Shown: piece after piece, positions 1 to 13,008 of the stretch
Layout of the letters: each line of letters starts with the position of its first letter
Position numbering within the stretch: position 1 is the first letter of the stretch
Assembly: GCA_965603825.1 (NCBI GenBank)
Contig: CBFDEM010000023.1
Span: forward strand, 1-64,000
Origin: Blepharisma stoltei ATCC 30299
Lineage: Eukaryota; Protista; Ciliophora
Direction: 5' to 3'
DNA: 64,000 nucleotides
Notes under the pieces: model-generated
Told to the model about the DNA's origin: nothing
Seen by the model: the letters and a program-made list of their open reading frames with translations, nothing else
The model's database searches: none
Made by a program: the position numbers and the translations under genes

Positions 1-3000
1 CCCTAACACCCTAACACCCTAACACCCTAACACCCTAACACCCTAACACCCTAACACCCTAACACCCTAACACCCTAACACCCTAACCACCCCTAACACC
101 CTAACACCCTAACACCCTAACACCCTAACACCCTAACACCCTAACACCCTAACACCCTAACACCCTAACACCCTAACACCCTAACACCCTAACACCCTAA
201 CACCCTAACACCCTAACACCCTAACACCCTAACACCCTAACACCCTAACACCCTAACACCCTAACACCCTAACACCCTAACACCCTAACACCCTAACACC
301 CTAACACCCTAACACCCTAACACCCTAACACCCTAACACCCTAACACCCTAACACCCTAACACCCTAACACCCTAACACCCTAACACCCTAACACCCTAA
401 CACCCTAACACCCTAACACCCTAACACCCTAACACCCTAACACCCTAACACCCTAACACCCTAACACCCTAACACCCTAACACCCTAACACCCTAACACC
501 CTAACACCCTAACACCCTAACACCCTAACACCCTAACACCCTAACACCCTAACACCCTAACACCCTAACACCCTAACACCCTAACACCCTAACACCCTAA
601 CACCCTAACACCCTAACACCCTAACACCCTAACACCCTAACACCCTAACACCCTAACACCCTAACACCCTAACACCCTAACACCCTAACACCCTAACACC
701 CTAACACCCTAACACCCTAACACCCTAACACCCTAACACCCTAACACCCTAACACCCTAACACCCTAACACCCTAACACCCTAACACCCTAACACCCTAA
801 CACCCTAACACCCTAACACCCTAACACCCTAACACCCTAACACCCTAACACCCTAACACCCTAACACCCTAACACCCTAACACCCTAACACCCTAACACC
901 CTAACACCCTAACACCCTAACACCCTAACACCCTAACACCCTAACACCCTAACACCCTAACACCCTAACACCCTAACACCCTAACACCCTAACACCCTAA
1001 CACCCTAACACCCTAACACCCTAACACCCTAACACCCTAACACCCTAACACCCTAACACCCTAACACCCTAACACCCTAACACCCTAACACCCTAACACC
1101 CTAACACCCTAACACCCTAACACCCTAACACCCTAACACCCTAACACCCTAACACCCTAACACCCTAACACCCTAACACCCTAACACCCTAACACCCTAA
1201 CACCCTAACACCCTAACACCCTAACACCCTAACACCCTAACACCCTAACACCCTAACACCCTAACACCCTAACACCCTAACACCCTAACACCCTAACACC
1301 CTAACACCCTAACACCCTAACACCCTAACACCCTAACACCCTAACACCCTAACACCCTAACACCCTAACACCCTAACACCCTAACACCCTAACACCCTAA
1401 CACCCTAACACCCTAACACCCTAACACCCTAACACCCTAACACCCTAACACCCTAACACCCTAACACCCTAACACCCTAACACCCTAACACCCTAACACC
1501 CTAACACCCTAACACCCTAACACCCTCAACACCCTAACACCCTAACACCCTAACACCCTAACACCCTAACACCCTAACACCCTAACACCCTAACACCCTA
1601 ACACCCTAACACCCTAACACCCTAACACCCTAACACCCTAACACCCTAACACCCTAACACCCTAACACCCTAACACCCTAACACCCTAACACCCTAACAC
1701 CCTAACACCCTAACACCCTAACACCCTAACACCCTAACACCCTAACACCCTAACACCCTAACACCCTAACACCCTAACACCCTAACACCCTAACACCCTA
1801 ACACCCTAACACCCTAACACCCTAACACCCTAACACCCTAACACCCTAACACCCTAACACCCTAACACCCTAACACCCTAACACCCTAACACCCTAACAC
1901 CCTAACACCCTAACACCCTAACACCCTAACACCCTAACACCCTAACACCCTAACACCCTAACACCCTAACACCCTAACACCCTAACACCCTAACACCCTA
2001 ACACCCTAACACCCTAACACCCTAACACCCTAACACCCTAACACCCTAACACCCTAACACCCTAACACCCTAACACCCTAACACCCTAACACCCTAACAC
2101 CCTAACACCCTAACACCCTAACACCCTAACACCCTAACACCCTAACACCCTAACACCCTAACACCCTAACACCCTAACACCCTAACACCCTAACACCCTA
2201 ACACCCTAACACCCTAACACCCTAACACCCTAACACCCTAACACCCTAACACCCTAACACCCTAACACCCTAACACCCTAACACCCTAACACCCTAACAC
2301 CCTAACACCCTAACACCCTAACACCCTAACACCCTAACACCCTAACACCCTAACACCCTAACACCCTAACACCCTAACACCCTAACACCCTAACACCCTA
2401 ACACCCTAACACCCTAACACCCTAACACCCTAACACCCTAACACCCTAACACCCTAACACCCTAACACCCTAACACCCTAACACCCTAACACCCTAACAC
2501 CCTAACACCCTAACACCCTAACACCCTAACACCCTAACACCCTAACACCCTAACACCCTAACACCCTAACACCCTAACACCCTAACACCCTAACACCCTA
2601 ACACCCTAACACCCTAACACCCTAACACCCTAACACCCTAACACCCTAACACCCTAACACCCTAACACCCTAACACCCTAACACCCTAACACCCTAACAC
2701 CCTAACACCCTAACACCCTAACACCCTAACACCCTAACACCCTAACACCCTAACACCCTAACACCCTAACACCCTAACACCCTAACACCCTAACACCCTA
2801 ACACCCTAACACCCTAACACCCTAACACCCTAACACCCTAACACCCTAACACCCTAACACCCTAACACCCTAACACCCTAACACCCTAACACCCTAACAC
2901 CCTAACACCCTAACACCCTAACACCCTAACACCCTAACACCCTAACACCCTAACACCCTAACACCCTAACACCCTAACACCCTAACACCCTAACACCCTA

Positions 3001-3047
3001 ACACCCTAACACCCTAACACCCTAACACCCTAACACCCTAACCCTAA
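1..3047 (+). repeat. Telomeric repeat (CCCTAACA)n, C-rich strand at chromosome left end
   Basis: About 380 near-perfect 8-mers from base 1, with small irregularities near 86-90 and 1527. It ends in CCCTAA-CCCTAA followed by AT-rich unique sequence. CCCTAACA is the known Blepharisma/Stentor telomere unit. Confidence 0.98.
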
Positions 3048-3305
3048 TTTTATGCTTATACCGCAAACAGATTTTTATTTCTTACTACTAAAACAAAACC
3101 ATCAGAAAAATTTATATTATTTGTCATAAATCCATTAATAATCAAAATTTTTTATATAAACCTTTTTATTTAAATAATTATTACGAGTGTTAAATGCGCG
3201 CCCGAGCTACAATAATTTAAATAAGTCCATTTTAATAAAAATCGATTGAAGCACATTCCGAATTTATTATATAAAGCTAAACATATAAAATTTAACTTTT
3301 AGTTC

Positions 3306-3770
3306 TTAATATCCACTATTGTTGTTTGCATCAATGATTTTCGAAGTAGAAATTTTTGTAGCAAACAATTGAATTGCTGATAGTAGCAGAAATACTTGAA
3401 GCATTGATCGTTGAAGATCTAATAGATGATGAGCTTATAGTTGAACCAGATATAGTTGAAGATTTGATAGACGAAGCATACAGCGATTTTTGAATCAATG
3501 ATGACTGAAGCAGACACTTTTAAAGCATGATAGCTAAGGAGATAATGCTTGAGGCTGAAATAGTTGAAATAATGATTGTTGAAAATTTGACAGATAAGTA
3601 GAAATAGTTGAAGCAGTAATTGTTGAAAATTTGACAGATGAAGTAGAAATATTTAAACAAGGACACTCGAATTAGAAATGCTTGGAGTAGAAATATTTGA
3701 AGCGGAGAGGGTTGAAGATGCGATACTTGAAGTAGAAATCTTCGAAGTAGAAATGGTGTCCTAAAAGCAT
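3306..3770 (-). pseudogene. Decayed Ser/Thr-rich pentapeptide-repeat ([IV]-x-x-S-x)n coding remnant
   Basis: 15-nt periodicity. Minus-strand frames read ISTSK-ISTSS-IASST-LSASN-ISTPS-ISNSS...VKFST-ITAST...IKSST-ISGST-ISSSS-IRSST, ending ISTSKIIDANNNSGY-TAA. Several frameshifts and stops. Confidence 0.55.
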
Positions 3771-5156
3771 ATAGTCTGGATGAATTCCAAAATGATTTTC
3801 GAGTAAAAAATGCTTAAAATTTGGTGCTTCACCCTAAATATTTACTATTTTTTCTATGTCTCATCATAACAGATTTGTTTGCTTTAAAAGCAGCAACCCA
3901 TATATCCAGTTTATATTATCTTAATCACTTTCAAAAGTAATATTTTTATTCTCCGCATAATTCATGAATTATTAGCATTTCATTGGTCCATTTCTCTTTT
4001 TCGAATCTTAAATCTGCTTAGCATGAAATAGTTTCTGATAGATAGGCTGGGCCATAGGTATCTTGCTTATTACAAATTGCTAAAATTGCATGTTTATCTG
4101 ACAACCCTAAGCTTTAATTTTTTCAATGAGTTTTTCTCTTGGGTTTTTTTTATTCAGGTTTTATTGCTTGTCTGTATTAGATGTGCTATATCAAAATCCA
4201 CAAGCAAATGTTTGTGAGCTAGCTCAAGCAGATAAAATTTAACCCTAGAGTGAATTTTTTAAGACTAATCTTTTGTTAGAGTCCTTATTGTGCTATATAA
4301 CTTAAGTGATTATATATTGGCTTCTGAAATCCCAGTGGTCTTAAAAACTATTGTTGAAACACTCTCGATTGATAAAGATGGTATAATTTTTTCAAAAAAT
4401 GTAATATTTTATTTAATTAGTAATCAAAATGTTACTTAAAAACACTAAGCTTGAAGAATTTATTATTAAAACAGCAAAATTAAGCTATAGATATAAGAAA
4501 TTATTGTCTGTATTCCTTAGATTATTTCTAATCACAGATACCTCTAAGAATTCCCTTTTAAATAAGCTGTGCTTGCTTTAAGGTCTTTTTCATTTTATTA
4601 CTAGTAATTAGTCAAATTTTGATATAAAAAATGAATTGAATAATTTTTCAGAATTAAAATATAATCTGTTGAGCAAGAAGAAATATGTGCATCAAGATAT
4701 AATTTCTGTTTTGAATTATTTAATGTTTTCATTCTACGTTATATAAATTTATAGATGATTAGAGAATCCTATTTATTTCAAATTAAAGATTTAATTACCT
4801 GAATAAAGCCTTTTAGTTATTGGATTATGACTCTAAAAAATTCTTTGCCTAGTATTTTATTTAAAACTTCAGATTCTATTAAATTATGGTTTTTTCTTAA
4901 AAATCATAAAATTTAATATTATTAAAGATTATAAATGAAGCAAACGTCCTTATAAAATTAAAAAATAAAAATTCCTGAATTAAAAATCCTTTTCATATTT
5001 ATTTAATAAGGTTGAATTTAAGGTCTATTTAGCCAATTAGGCTGAGATTTATTATTATAAATACTCTTAACTTATTTACTATTTTTTTTTTAACACTAGT
5101 TTTCGATCAATGATTTTTAGCTATGATTTAATCGTTCATATAATATTAAATAAGCA

Positions 5157-8100
5157 ATGAACATAATAGAATTTTCTTTTATCATTGCAATTCTTGTGAG
5201 AAGTCAGATAGTTGTTGATATAGCCTGAAGCTCCTTCACAAATCCGAATTTCGCCTCAAATTTAACTGCTTTACTTCACCAAAATTTCCAAGATCAATTT
5301 GAATTTAACTTGGCTTATTTTGATACCTCTTCAACTCATCAACAGTTTCTGAACAGTCCAGATCTAATTTTTGATATTACCTTTAGTTCTTTTTTATCAC
5401 AAAGAATAAGAGAATACACTGCTGAAAATCCTACCATAATAGCAAGTATCAGCAAATCAATTGGCGCATATTCTGATTGAGAATTTTTTATTCACAATTC
5501 GTGGGAAAACCAAATTGAAGCTTTATCCAGTATCATTTCTTATTTGAACTGGACAACTTTTATAGTGATTTCTGATAAGATTTATAATGAAGATGATGAG
5601 TTGTTTTTTAATTGTTTTTCCAAAAAAGATTACCATTGATTTTATTTCGCAAATAGCAATGATAAAAATTCTTCGGACTTATTTATTGGAAAGGTAATTC
5701 AGGCGATCGGGATAAAAAACATTGTGATATTAAATTTTGGGGAAAGCACAAACTTGCTGCTAAAAAGCCTATCTCAGAAAAGTTTGCTCACTAAAGGAAC
5801 TGGAGTTATTGTAGGAAGTAAAGGCTCATGGGGTTTGTATGGAGATGGTATCATTGCTTATTCAGAATTAGGATTAGAAAGTGCTGATAGTTATTACAAA
5901 TATGAAGGATTAGCATTCATAAAATTTTTGAATTTAATACTCAGCTTTCCTTTAGCATCCAATTCTTTGGAGTTAATTGGGTTTTTAAACAAAAATACAG
6001 TTGATCATCATCCATTCCCAAATTTTACTCTATTAAATATCGAAGATAGTGAAAGATCAATCAAAGGAAAAATTTATAACGGAAATTTAACGATATCAAA
6101 ATCCCTGATCTATCCAGGGAATTCTTCAATTATTCCTAACTCCCCTACCACAGACATAAATATATGAATCGCAGATGGAACAATAAATCCAGGAGGTGAC
6201 TCTGATATATTGGCAACAACTCCAACAGCAGGAGCATTTTATGCTTTAAGCTATTGAAAAAGTATACATTCCTTGGATGGCTTTGAAGTCTCAGTAACTC
6301 ATACAGACTGTGGGGCTACAGTATTTGATTTGACTTATGCATACTCCTGCTTTTCTAAATTACTAGCAACTCCTGGTGTTGGATATCTAACATCTCTCTA
6401 TCCATATATAGCCATAGGTAACATTTTGGTATTAAGATCTTTGAATCTTTCAATACCCCACATTTCCCCTTATGCTCCTTCAACTCTTTCTCTTAATAAC
6501 ACCCTTTTCCCTGAGTTTATGACAATAATAAAAGACGAAGCTTTCAATACCCAGGTCATTTTAGATCTTGCAGTCATTTTTGGTTGGAAGCATTTTCTAG
6601 TCATTTATGATAAAAATAATTTAATGGCTTATAACTTTTTTCTATCAAAAGTCGAACAATATAACATGATCATTGCAAATGGCCCTGAACTGAGGCAAAT
6701 GGATGCATACTACACAAGAGACAAATATCCTCACTGAAAAGATTGATTTGCAAGTATAATAAGCTTGAAGGTCAGATTTTTAGTTGCATTTTTAACACCT
6801 CCTTACGGATTTCACGTAGCTGAAAGCTTCTATGATGCAGGGATTAGAAAAGGCGACATGATAATCTTATGCAACGCAAGAATGTCATATGCATTTGATT
6901 GAGAAACCGATTTGGTCCAGCGACGAAAAGTCACTGAGGTATTTTATGGTGCGATTGCTGTTGCCCAAGCTGAGTGAATTGGAGAATATGGACAAATGCT
7001 TGTAAGAGGCTATTTAAAGGAGTATGTAAACCAATTAGAGTTTCGCTGCTTAGCATTTGATTCTGCAATGCTACTTCTAAATAGCATCTCATTTACTATA
7101 AAACAAGGTGAAAATGTGAAGGATTATGAAATATTGAACGCAAACATAAGAAAACAAAAATTTTTAGGCTGCTCTGGGACTGTGTCAATTGAGCCGGGAA
7201 CTAATCAAAGAAGTTTGCCTACTTTCGGGATTTTCAGCTTAAGGTGAAATGATACTACTCAGAAGCTTTACGAAGAATCGGTGGGGTTGTATGATCTCAG
7301 CAGTGTACAATTAATTACTTTTTATAGCCAGATCTTATGATATGATAACACCACAAATCTGCCTTCAGATTTAATTATATATGAAAATGGCTGCCCATTT
7401 CCAGCTAAAATGATTCATAGGTCTAAAGCCGGTGCCGGTATGCTATATGGAATATCGATTGGGCTGATAGTTATCACGATTATTGAATCCTTTTTTATAT
7501 GAAATAAATTTTTAAAAAACATCAGAATACAGAAATTAAAAATATCTGCATATGTTCAGTTTGAAGATTACTTCATGATGGCAATTTTGGCTATAGATTT
7601 TTTCCAATTTATTTCTCAAGGACCTGATATAAGTGGATTACATGAATGGCTGTCCTTACTCTGCACCTATACAATGACTAACTTTGATTCTACCGTTACA
7701 GGTGATATTTATTGGGTTTATTTATATACTGCTATGGCTATTTCTTGCTTTTGAGTTTTTACAGCTTTTTTATTGCTTTATCAGCTTAATGAATTTTTTA
7801 GTGAAATGCTAAAACGCGTGAAAAATATTTCTTTACTTTTGCTTCCTATAATTGGAAATATAGTGTTTGTGCCAATGGTGTCAGTGCTCTTAAGCATTTT
7901 TCAATGTGATCAAGGAATTAGCTCAAAAATTACAGATTCTTTTATAAGATATGATTGCACTACATATTGCTGGGATAATAGGTATACTTTATGAGGAATT
8001 TTTGCAATTATTTCCTTGCTAGTTTATATTCCTTTAACTATTTATTTAAGATATTATTATGAAATTGTTAATGATCATATTAACATCAGAACGAATCCGA

Positions 8101-8627
8101 TTTTTATTATAGAAAAAGCAATCTGCCAAATAATTATTATTTTTATGAGCCGAACAGTCAAAGAGTATAACGAATCTTTGCACGGACTTTGTTGTTGCAT
8201 CCTTTTTATTACAATGATTCTGCTGTGCTATAAGCAAGGCCCTTATAATTATCATAGAATGAATCTTTGAATTAGTATTTCTTATCTGGCTATTCTATGA
8301 AGTTTTATTTTGTCAAGTACTTATTGACTCACAGAAATTGATAATAAATTAATTTTTATAGCTTTACAATGTTTAGGCTGGCTTATCTTAATAGCTTCAG
8401 GTATTGCTATTCAATGCAAGTGATACCCAAACCTATTGAATACTGAGAAGGTTGTTGACATTGCGATTTTTTTTAAATTTGAAATAGGAAATAAAATTAC
8501 AGCTGCTGAGCTCAATAGAATGAAAAAAGAGATAAGTAATTCAAACTACTCAACTAAAAGCAAAACATCAAATATAAATTGCACTCAAATTATTCCAACT
8601 ATTAACGATAATATTATATCAGAATAA
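5157..8627 (+). pseudogene. Receptor copy A (2x Venus-flytrap + multi-TM), full length but TAA at codon 4
   Basis: One frame from 5157 to 8627 with 18 in-frame TGA(W). ATG context agcaATGaa matches copy D. The only internal lesion is TAA at 5166-5168. Confidence 0.8.
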
Positions 8628-8749
8628 TTATTATAATTAAATTTTTAGATATCTGTAAACTCTAAGCTAAATATCTAGCAATTAATTCAATGAATTTTAT
8701 ATATTTTATATATTTTGAATATAATAATTTGTTTGAAGTCTATAGGTAT

Positions 8750-9596
8750 CTTAAATTGAGCAATATCATGTTTTGAACTTTTCTTTTTTCTTTCCTTTCC
8801 TATAGTGCCTCTTTATTGGAGCTCATAAAATGATTGCCAAAGAAAAGCATTATATAATCGCTTCCATTTACAAAACACTTGGCACATTCTAACTGAGAAT
8901 TGTTTCATACTCAATGGGTAGTCAGCTTGCCTCACTTATTATTTAAAATGAGAAAGATTAATTGTAATTTCTGATGACTTACTAAGATAGTGGATTTTGA
9001 AATTATTTTTCGAATAAGAATTATCAATGATTTTACTTCTCAAGCATCTATAAAGAAAGCTTGACTGATTAATTAATTGGAAAAATAGTTCAAGCCAAAT
9101 GGAACGAGAAATATTGTTATAATAAATAAAGCAGAAAGTGCAGTGTTTATAAAATCACAATTTCCATACTATTGGGCAGGAGTATTATAGGAAGTAAGGC
9201 TCGTGGGAGCCATGTGGAAATGGAGCTATTGGATATTCTAAATCTTGTCTTGAGTTTGCTGATGACTATTTTAATTACGAAAAATTAGCTATTTATGAAA
9301 TTTTATTTATCATTTACTTATTGACTCATTACTTTTGGTTATTCAGCATTGTGACTCATACTTAACGTTCTGGGTTTATCTTAATAGAGGCTGATATTAC
9401 AATTCAATTCAATGCCAAATAGCTTCCTAGTTTATTAGTTTTTGATAAAGCTGTAGATATAGCTAATTTTTTTAAATTTTTAATGGGAAGCCAAATGAGT
9501 AAGAAGGAGCTTATAAAAGCTAAAAGAGAAAAATTCAAATGCTAGTAATGAGTCTTGCTCTTCTTATTCTGATGGAAATGGTATAAAAGAATAATT
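8750..9596 (+). pseudogene. Internally deleted remnant of receptor family (5' piece fused to 3' tail)
   Basis: tatagtgcctctttat...gagctcataaaa and ggaaaaatagttcaagcc match copy B 5' sequence. From ~9310 it matches the family 3' end (DKAVDIA.FFKF). Many stops and indels. Confidence 0.75.
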
Positions 9597-10224
9597 ATTA
9601 ACACAAAACTTTAATAAATAATTAAATTCTTATTTATCAGCTCACTTATATAAAATTTGCATGCTTTATAGCATCGTAAATTTTGATAAGCTCACCCTTT
9701 AATAGTTTTAAATATTCACAATAGCTATTTAATTAATAAAATTCAAATTTTAATTATAAATAAAATTAGATTTAAAGGATTATAAATTTATAAATTAAAC
9801 AAAATTGCAATTTTTGCTACTTCTAACATTTTACTTTAAAATAAACTAGTAATCAAATGCTGCAATCGAGCCCTTTTTATTTCAAAAAAAAAAAAGAAAT
9901 GCTCGTTTGGTAATCCAAGCCCCTCTATTTCAATATGAAATTCAGTTCAAAATTAAGAGGAAGATTAAAAGTTTAGTAAAAGTATCATTAACATCTGAGA
10001 TGTCAATTTAAAAATAAAGAATAAAGCATCAAAATAATTTTAAGGAAACTTTATTTAGACACTTATTGAGTTATAAATTATGTTTAGGAAAGAAGTTAAA
10101 AATTTAATACAATTACTTTGAATATATTTATTTAATTTAAAACCATTTTTTGAAAAAATCAAGTTAAAATTTATCGAAAAATCAACTAAAAAATGGAATT
10201 GAATATTTTTAAGTAGCGTGTATA

Positions 10225-12225
10225 ATGTCAGTATTCAAGTTTTTACGGATCATACTCTGTATGGCCATCCTTGCCAAATCTCAGCTGATTGTTAATATTA
10301 TTTATAGTTCTTTCACAAATCTAGAGCTTGCTTTGAAAATCTCTTCTTTGCTACTTCAAAACTTTCAAAGTCATATTGACTTTAATCTAACTTATATAGA
10401 AACCTCCGAAGATCTAAAGCTGGCTACAGATGCTTCAAATATAGTTTTTGGCCTTATCTATAGTGCCTCTTTATCTGAGCTCATAAAAGAGCTTGCAGAA
10501 GAAAAATATTTTATTATCGCTTCTATTGAAGAAACTTCGAGGACATACTCAGAGTGGCAATTTTTTATTCATAATTCTTTAAAGAATCAGATTGAAGCTT
10601 TGCTTTCAATTGTTTCCTTTTTAAATTGAGAAACATTTATTGTAGTTTCTGACCAAACTTATAGTGAAGATGATGGATTTTCAAATTATTTTTCTAATAA
10701 GAATTATCGGTTATTTTATTTCTCAAACAGTAATGATCAAAGCTTGGCAGATTTATTTATTGGAAAAATAGTTCAAGCCACCGGGATAAGAAATATTGTA
10801 ATTCTAAATAGAGGGGAAAGTGTAAAATTACTGCTAAAAAGCTTAGAAAAGCACAATTTTCTTAATATTGGGAGTGGAGCTATTATAGGAAATAAAGGGT
10901 TTTGGGGACTTTATGGTAACGGAGTTGTTAGTTACTGCGAATCGGGACTAGAATTAGCGGATAGCTATTATAATTATGAAGGTTTAGCATTTGTGAAATT
11001 TTTAAAACAGATTCTCAGTTATAGTTCAACATACAACTCTTTAACCCTCAAAGAGTTTCTGAATAAAAATACAGAGGATCATCACCCAGTGTCCAATTTT
11101 ACTCTAATTAATGCCAAAAATAATGAAAATTTTCTAGTAGGAAAGATTTTTAATGGAATCTTAACACTAATAAACCCTTTAGTATACCCAGGAAATTCTT
11201 CAAAAATTCCAAACTCTCCTACTACAGATATTAATATATAAATCGCTGATGGAACAACAAATCCTTTTTTTTTCTCTGAAAATTCAGCATTAAAAATTGC
11301 TTATGCAGAGTTTTATGCTTTAGGATTGTGGGAAAATAAGCATGTATTGGACAACTTTGAAATAAAAGTAGTTGATACCGACTGTGGAGTGTCAGTTTAT
11401 GATTATGATTATGCATATTCCTGCTTTTCTCAGCTACTCAATACTCCTGGAGTGGGTTTTTTAACATCTCTATATCCCTTTATAGCAATTGGATATATAT
11501 GCATTGAGGTCTTTAAATTTTTCAATACCTAGCATTTCACCATATGCCATATCAAGTCTATCGCAAAACAAATCATCTTTTCCTGAATTTATGACTGTAA
11601 CGAAAGACGAAAGATTTAACACAGGCGTTATCTTAAATCTTGCAGCAGTTTTCGGCTGGAAACATTTTATTATCATCTACGATGAAGATAATTTAGGGAC
11701 TTATAATTATTTTGTGGAAAAAATTGCAAAAAATAACATGAAAATTGCAAATAGTCCTGATCTTCGAACTATGGACATGTTCTACACTAGAAATGATTAT
11801 CCCAAATGAAAAAGCTGATTTGCTAAAATAATTAGCTTAAAAGTGAGACTTTTTTTTATCATTTTAACCCCTCCCTTTTGATTTTATATAGTTGAAAGTT
11901 TTTACGACGCAGGATTAAGAAGGGGTGACGTTTTATTTTTATCTGATGCAAGGATGGCTTATTCTATTTTTGGGAAACTGATTTAGTTCAACGAAGAAAA
12001 ATTATTGAGCTACTGCATGGTACAGTTATAACTGCCCAAGGCGAATGGATTGATGAGTATGGACAAAAAATAAAAAATGGGTTTATTAAAGAATATGGAA
12101 ATGAGACAGATTTCGATGCTTAGCATTTGATGATACAATGCTGCTTCTAAATGGAATAGAGTTTACTATAAAGCAAGGCCAAAACGTGAAGGATCACCAA
12201 GTAATGAATGAAAATCTTAGAAAAC
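10225..12225 (+). pseudogene. Receptor copy B, 5' ~660 codons, nonsense and frameshifts, truncated by retroelement
   Basis: Signal peptide and both VFT domains align with copy A. TAA at 11239-11241 where paralogs have TGA(W). Frameshifts near 11497, 11970 and 12116. Homology stops at ...NLRK (12225). Confidence 0.85.
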
Positions 12226-13008
12226 TTACTTAATTATTCAGCAGGCAATGCCTGCAGCAAGAACCTTATGGTTCTTTTTTAACTAACCATCTATCTATTT
12301 TAAGCTGCTGCGATTTATCACTTCGGCCCAAGAGTCTATCTTCTCTCTCTTTCATTAACCCATGTCGCTTTGCTCTTGAGACCAACACCTCTTCATGGAA
12401 AACTTTGATTGCCTTGTCTATTTCATCTATGCTGTGCGTCTCTTCATTCTCGTAACGCCAGTTTAATAAGCTCCGTTCAAGCCGGTGACTATAGAGGATT
12501 ATTTCAGCCAACCTGATTTTTTCACATGGGTAGCTAATCTGCTCCAACCTTTTTTTCAGCTTATTTCTCTGCAGAGCATATTGTGGACAGATTTCAATTA
12601 TGTGTTCTTCTGTTTCCTCTTCATAACACACTTCGCATTTTGCTGACTGTGCTAGGTGCCTAATCCATGCATTGTGATTACTAAAATTAAACCCAGCCCT
12701 TAGTCTGTGGATTGATCCAATTGCAAGATGCCTGTCAGGGTTGTGTTTTATAAACGTCGGGGTATAGCTATATTCAGCTTCTTCTTTCAACCATCTTCAT
12801 ACCCTCGTCGTTTTCTTTGTCTCTAGTTCTAGCCTGTTTACAATTTCTCTCAAGTTGCATTCGCTCAGTTTACCTTCCAAAATTTGGTCTCACTGCTCCT
12901 TCTTAGTGTTTAATATTCTCTCGTCTTCCAAGAATTCGTCTAAGTTAAGATCCCTTATGAAGCGTTGGCATTTTCGCTCTCAAGGAAGGATCTCTTTAAT
13001 GTTAATGA
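12226..13008 (-). mobile_element. 5'-truncated non-LTR (LINE-like) retrotransposon, ORF2 C-terminal CCHC region plus 3' UTR
   Basis: Open frame from ~13005 to 12266 (TGA=W): PWERKC...RLRAGF...CEVC...ETEEHIIEICPQY, the typical post-RT Cys/His motif. Higher GC than flanks. Short 3' UTR ending ...AATAATTAAGTAA. Confidence 0.85.

Noticed and set aside
81-1530. Variant telomere units near 86-90 and 1527
   Set aside because: Isolated single-base insertions, most simply long-read errors.
1-3047. CRISPR array or satellite
   Set aside because: No spacers; it is a terminal 8-mer matching a known ciliate telomere.
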